From Candidatus Saccharimonadia bacterium (GTDB taxonomy: Bacteria > Patescibacteriota > Saccharimonadia > UBA4664), in contig JBGTMQ010000019.1 in NCBI GenBank assembly GCA_041743505.1, positions 6,147 to 70,146 on the forward strand: a DNA stretch of 64,000 bases, read 5' to 3'. A program made the translations under genes and the position numbers. Positions 60,096 through 64,000 of this stretch are shown in pieces. Numbering within the stretch: position 1 is the first letter of the stretch; each line of letters opens with the position of its first letter. The notes under the pieces are model-generated. The model saw nothing but the letters and a program-made list of their open reading frames with translations. It made no database searches and was not told where the DNA came from.

Positions 60096-60860
60096 CTATC
60101 GGTTCGGAATGCCAAAAACTGAATTTTGACCGAGGTACGTTGGCAGTTTGCCGTCCCACTTTTCAATCGCCATTTTCTGCAGGATTTCCGGTGTCAAACT
60201 AGCCCGCTGCACCGCCTGTGCCTCAGCGTCTTTTGTCGCTTGCTGGAGGGTGAAAACTGCCCGCTCAGCATTCTGCTGAGCCACTTGTTTTTGCTCAATG
60301 GCCTTGGCAAAGTCCTCGCTAAACTGGAAGTCTACAATCGACAGGTCATCCACGATGATGCCGCGCTTTTCGAGCCGGCTCTTTAGGCTCGCCACAGTGT
60401 CATTCTTCACGTCGGCCCGGTTTGTAATCAGCTGCGCGGCCGTAAACTTAGCACTGGCCGACTTAAAAACCTCCTGCACCGCCGGGCTAATAATCCGGTC
60501 CTTGTAATTGGGGCCAAGATTACGATGGATATCAGAGATCCGGCCTCGGTCAATGTGGTAATTCACGGCCAAAACCGACGAAATATCCTGCAAGTCATTA
60601 GTGGCGGCCTGAGCCTTAGTCTCTTCTTTTTGCACCCGCACGTCATAAACAGTAACTTGCTGCCACGGCGCCTTAAAGTTAAACCCTTCACCGATTTCAC
60701 GGCCGGTAACCTTACCAAATTGCGTCACAACGCCGACTTTACCGGTACCAATGATGCTAATTGTGCTAAGCAGAGCCACAACAACCACAAATCCCACGAT
60801 GCCCATAGTAACCGTGCTGCGTGATGGAGCAGAGAATGAGCCGTAAGTCGGGGTAGCCAT
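60096..60860 (-). CDS. SPFH/prohibitin family protein
   Basis: VGVVTQFG, FS.DF.KAIEQKQVAQQ, IEKWDGKLP. Confidence 0.88.
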   Translation of the reverse strand: MATPTYGSFSAPSRSTVTMGIVGFVVVVALLSTISIIGTGKVGVVTQFGKVTGREIGEGFNFKAPWQQVTVYDVRVQKEETKAQAATNDLQDISSVLAVNYHIDRGRISDIHRNLGPNYKDRIISPAVQEVFKSASAKFTAAQLITNRADVKNDTVASLKSRLEKRGIIVDDLSIVDFQFSEDFAKAIEQKQVAQQNAERAVFTLQQATKDAEAQAVQRASLTPEILQKMAIEKWDGKLPTYLGQNSVFGIPNR

Positions 60861-61036
60861 GTTTGTGCCTTGGTTATTACTTACCATAATATCTCCAACG
60901 CCATGCCAAAAGCTAGGCTTACTCCTCAAATTCCATTCTCAGGCTATAGTATTTTATGCCTCTGCACAGTAGAATAAGTCCGTCCAGTCGAAATAATCAG
61001 TTCGGATCAACAAGAGCCGACCAAAAGGAGTTTTAA

Positions 61037-62440
61037 GTGAAGGGTCATTTCTACTTTATTGGCATTGCCGGCCACGCCGTTCGTGGACTGGCGCTCATGA
61101 GCCGGGAGCATGGTTATCAGGTGAGCGGGCTGGACGAGGGTGCCGTCTCACCGGGCAGCGACTGGCTCGATGAACGAGGCATCCCCTGGAGCAAAACGTT
61201 TGAGCCGGGCCAACTGGACGGCGTAACGGCCATAATTGTGACCGGCGCCTACGCCACCCCGGAATACCCGGCCATCATCGAGGCCAACAAGCGCAGCATC
61301 CCCATCAAATCATGGGCTCAAATGGTGGGCGAGATGACCGCCGACGAGCGCTCCATTGTGGTCGCCGGTACTCACGGCAAGACCACCACCACCTCACTCA
61401 TTGCGTGGCTGATGGAAAGTGTGGGGCGTAACCCGGATTTCCTCATCGGAATTAAGCCGTTTAACTTTAACTCCAGCGTTCGGCTGGAAAATTCAGAAGT
61501 GGTAGTACTTGAAGGGGACGAGTATAAAGCTTCTGACCTCGAAGACAAAGCCAAGCTCCAATACTATCACCCTGACGTGCTGGTACTGACCTCGATTGAG
61601 CACGACCACCCGGATGTCTATCCGGACCTGGATTCAGTCATCACCCGCTTTACCGGCGTCGTGCAGGGCCTACCGCAAGATGGACGGCTCGTGGCGTGGT
61701 CGGGCAGCCCAACAGTCACGCAAGTAGCCGCTGGTGCAAAGTGTCAGGTCGTTACCTACGGCCTGACTGAAGGCGACTACCAAGCCCGCAATATTGCATT
61801 CTTGCCCACAGGCATCGAATTCGATGTTCAAACCAGCGAAGGATCTCTCGGCCGGCTGGCCCTGCCGTTATACGGCCGCCACAACGTACTGAATGCTCTG
61901 GCAGCCGCAGCGGTAGCCATCGGTGAAGGCCTCAGCTTTGAACAGCTCCGCGAAGGAGCGGCCACGTTCAAGGGCACGTATCGCCGGTTTAATATTTTGA
62001 CCGGCCCGCAAGACCCGATCGCGGTTCTTGACGACTATGCCCATCACCCTACGGAGGTTGAAACCACCATCGAGGCGGCCAAGCTTCACTTCCCGGACCG
62101 TCGGTTGGTCGTAGTGTTCCGCCCGCACACCTACTCCCGCACCAAGGCTCTGCTGTCCGAGTTCCAGGCTGTGTTTGGCCAGGCTGACATCGCCTACATC
62201 ACCGATGTCGAGGGTGCGCGCGAAGCCGCCCACGAAAAAACCGTCTCCGGGGCCGACATGGTAGACGGGATGGACGACAAGGCTGTCTTCGAGGCTGATC
62301 GGACCAAGTTAGTTGAGCGCATCACCGCCGATGCCAGGGCCGGTGACGTCGTGCTATGTATGAGTGTATCCGGTTACCAGGACATCGCGCCTGAGCTAGC
62401 CAAGCAGCTCAATGCCCATGTGAGCGGGCTGCAGCATTAG
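61037..62440 (+). CDS. MurC/Mpl-family Mur ligase
   Basis: AGTHGKTTT, EGDEY, EHDHPD, RRF, DDYAHHPTE, PHTYSRT. Confidence 0.88.
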   Translation: MKGHFYFIGIAGHAVRGLALMSREHGYQVSGLDEGAVSPGSDWLDERGIPWSKTFEPGQLDGVTAIIVTGAYATPEYPAIIEANKRSIPIKSWAQMVGEMTADERSIVVAGTHGKTTTTSLIAWLMESVGRNPDFLIGIKPFNFNSSVRLENSEVVVLEGDEYKASDLEDKAKLQYYHPDVLVLTSIEHDHPDVYPDLDSVITRFTGVVQGLPQDGRLVAWSGSPTVTQVAAGAKCQVVTYGLTEGDYQARNIAFLPTGIEFDVQTSEGSLGRLALPLYGRHNVLNALAAAAVAIGEGLSFEQLREGAATFKGTYRRFNILTGPQDPIAVLDDYAHHPTEVETTIEAAKLHFPDRRLVVVFRPHTYSRTKALLSEFQAVFGQADIAYITDVEGAREAAHEKTVSGADMVDGMDDKAVFEADRTKLVERITADARAGDVVLCMSVSGYQDIAPELAKQLNAHVSGLQH

Positions 62441-62524
62441 TATCCCAATCGCCCGAACCCGTCAGTAGTGCTGAGGGTGAACTAAAGGAATGGTCAGCCA
62501 CACCAGCTGCCCATTCCTTTCTAA

Positions 62525-63268
62525 TTAATAAGCACCAAGCCGCTTGGCTTTTGCGACAAAACCTGACTTATCACCGGTCACAATGTAGCGAATAGTCCGG
62601 CTGCCGCCGGCCGCGCCGCCAAGTAAAGCCAACAACCTCTGCGCCATTGTCTCGCCGGGTTCTATGATTTTCATATCAGGCGCTGCCTGCCGAATAATCG
62701 GTTCCAGAAAGGCAAAGTGGGTGCAACCCAGAACCACCGTGTCAACACCGTGGCGGGCAAACGCCTGAATTTGCTCGACCACCAAATGGTCGCCGTCTAA
62801 GTTGCCCGATTCCACCAGCCTGACCCAGTCAAAACACGCCTGTGCATAAACGGTCACATGATCCGGTACGATATCCTGGATAGCCCGGTAATAATCAGAG
62901 GCCAGAGTAGCAAACGTGGCCGCTACCACGATCTTGCCGGTTTTAGTCGCAATAACCGCCTGGCCAAGCAGCGGAGCCACACCCAAAATGCGCGTCTCGG
63001 GCCACCCACGTTGATACTCCTCAAGGCTAACCGTGCTGGCAGTATTGCAGGCCAAAACAATCGTCTCGCAACCCTCGGCTTTGAGCCGCTCAATACCGGT
63101 CTGCACCAATCGACGGACTACCTCTTCGGACTTCTCGCCGTAAGGGAAGTTAGCAGTATCCGCATAGTAAATAACATCAACATCCGGCATTAACCGCCGT
63201 ATCGCGCGAAGAACACTCAGGCCGCCCACGCCGGAATCAAGTATGCCAATGGGGGAAGTCTTATTCAT
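62525..63268 (-). CDS. murI: Glutamate racemase
   Basis: DSGVGGLSV, FPYGEK, ACNTAS, LGCTHF. Confidence 0.95.
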   Translation of the reverse strand: MNKTSPIGILDSGVGGLSVLRAIRRLMPDVDVIYYADTANFPYGEKSEEVVRRLVQTGIERLKAEGCETIVLACNTASTVSLEEYQRGWPETRILGVAPLLGQAVIATKTGKIVVAATFATLASDYYRAIQDIVPDHVTVYAQACFDWVRLVESGNLDGDHLVVEQIQAFARHGVDTVVLGCTHFAFLEPIIRQAAPDMKIIEPGETMAQRLLALLGGAAGGSRTIRYIVTGDKSGFVAKAKRLGAY

Positions 63269-63293
63269 GTATACTTAGCCTAAAGAAACACTT

Positions 63294-63779
63294 ATGCAAT
63301 TGCCAGCCTTTGATCCAAATATTCTCATCATCACTATCCTTCTTCTTGCAGGTGTATATGGCCTGATTGGCGGTAAACATCGCTTGCGTGTGCTTATTCT
63401 AAGCATTTACGTCGGCATTGTACTGGCCGAACAAATGGACACGGTCGTCCGGCCGTACCTCCAGATGCTCAGCCCTGAACAGGTCGGATGGCTACTCCTG
63501 GGCCTGCCAATCCTCCTGTTCGGCTTTGCCAGGTCGCATCACGGCAAAAACCACGGCAAAGGCTCAGCTATTGCCAATATTATCATTGGTATCGCGGCCG
63601 GCGCCCTCATACTTTCGAGCGCCCTCCATATCTTGCCTACCAGCCAGCTATCCGACATCAATGGCGCCTCGTATTTCGCCATGCTGCTCGACCAATATCA
63701 CCTCTGGTTACTGGGTCTACTACCTGTAATAGCTATTATTTTTGGCCTCCTTAAGGGCAAAGAGAAAAGTCATCACTAG
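63294..63779 (+). CDS. Membrane protein
   Basis: Multiple TM segments. Confidence 0.7.
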   Translation: MQLPAFDPNILIITILLLAGVYGLIGGKHRLRVLILSIYVGIVLAEQMDTVVRPYLQMLSPEQVGWLLLGLPILLFGFARSHHGKNHGKGSAIANIIIGIAAGALILSSALHILPTSQLSDINGASYFAMLLDQYHLWLLGLLPVIAIIFGLLKGKEKSHH

Positions 63780-63832
63780 CTCCAAGTTGCCAGAAACGCC
63801 GTTTTCGGATATGATTGGGCGGTTAAAAACAT

Positions 63833-63909
63833 GGGCCCATAGCTCAGTTGGTTAGAGCAGCTGCCTTTTAAGCAGCGTGTCCTGGGTTCGAGCCCCAGTG
63901 GGCCCTCCA
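63833..63909 (+). tRNA. tRNA-Lys (UUU)
   Basis: GGGCCCATAGCTCAG...GCTGC-CTTTTAA-GCAGC...GTTCGAG...GGGCCCTCCA. Confidence 0.92.
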
Positions 63910-64000
63910 GTTATCATTCACAGCCGCCATTGCGGCTGTTTTTGTTTCTGTAGAGGACGGCCAGTACAGATTTGTAATAATTGCGGTTTCCCGGAACCTG

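Overview
Chromosomal segment that looks like a Patescibacteria/CPR (Saccharimonadia-like) genome. This is inferred from the shortened HrcA, the MurF-like/DegT/FemAB cell-wall cluster and the dominance of hypothetical genes. The right half (33-64 kb) is mostly housekeeping: tilS-ftsH-murJ-cell wall cluster, lepA, malic enzyme, hrcA-grpE, dnaK and dnaJ each behind a CIRCE, mpl/murC, murI and tRNA-Lys. It is interrupted by Actinobacteria-like genes (GH46 chitosanase, R61-type serine hydrolase). The left half is accessory, with a type III R-M locus, an IS481 and three CAU-anticodon tRNAs. Three observations stand out. (1) A ~720-nt unit at 18637-19355 has no credible ORF, lies between a near-consensus sigma70 promoter and a terminator, and folds by eye into many helices plus three pseudoknots, making it a candidate large ornate ncRNA. 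(2) Two arrays (6.8-21.2 kb and 29.0-31.55 kb) start at tRNA 3' ends and consist of self-contained promoter-ORF-hairpin modules. The modules share a family of hairpin repeats, and an internal relic copy of the tRNA 3' end suggests serial gene capture with no integrase in the window. (3) lepA carries an in-frame palindromic insertion. All calls are by eye; no searches were run.
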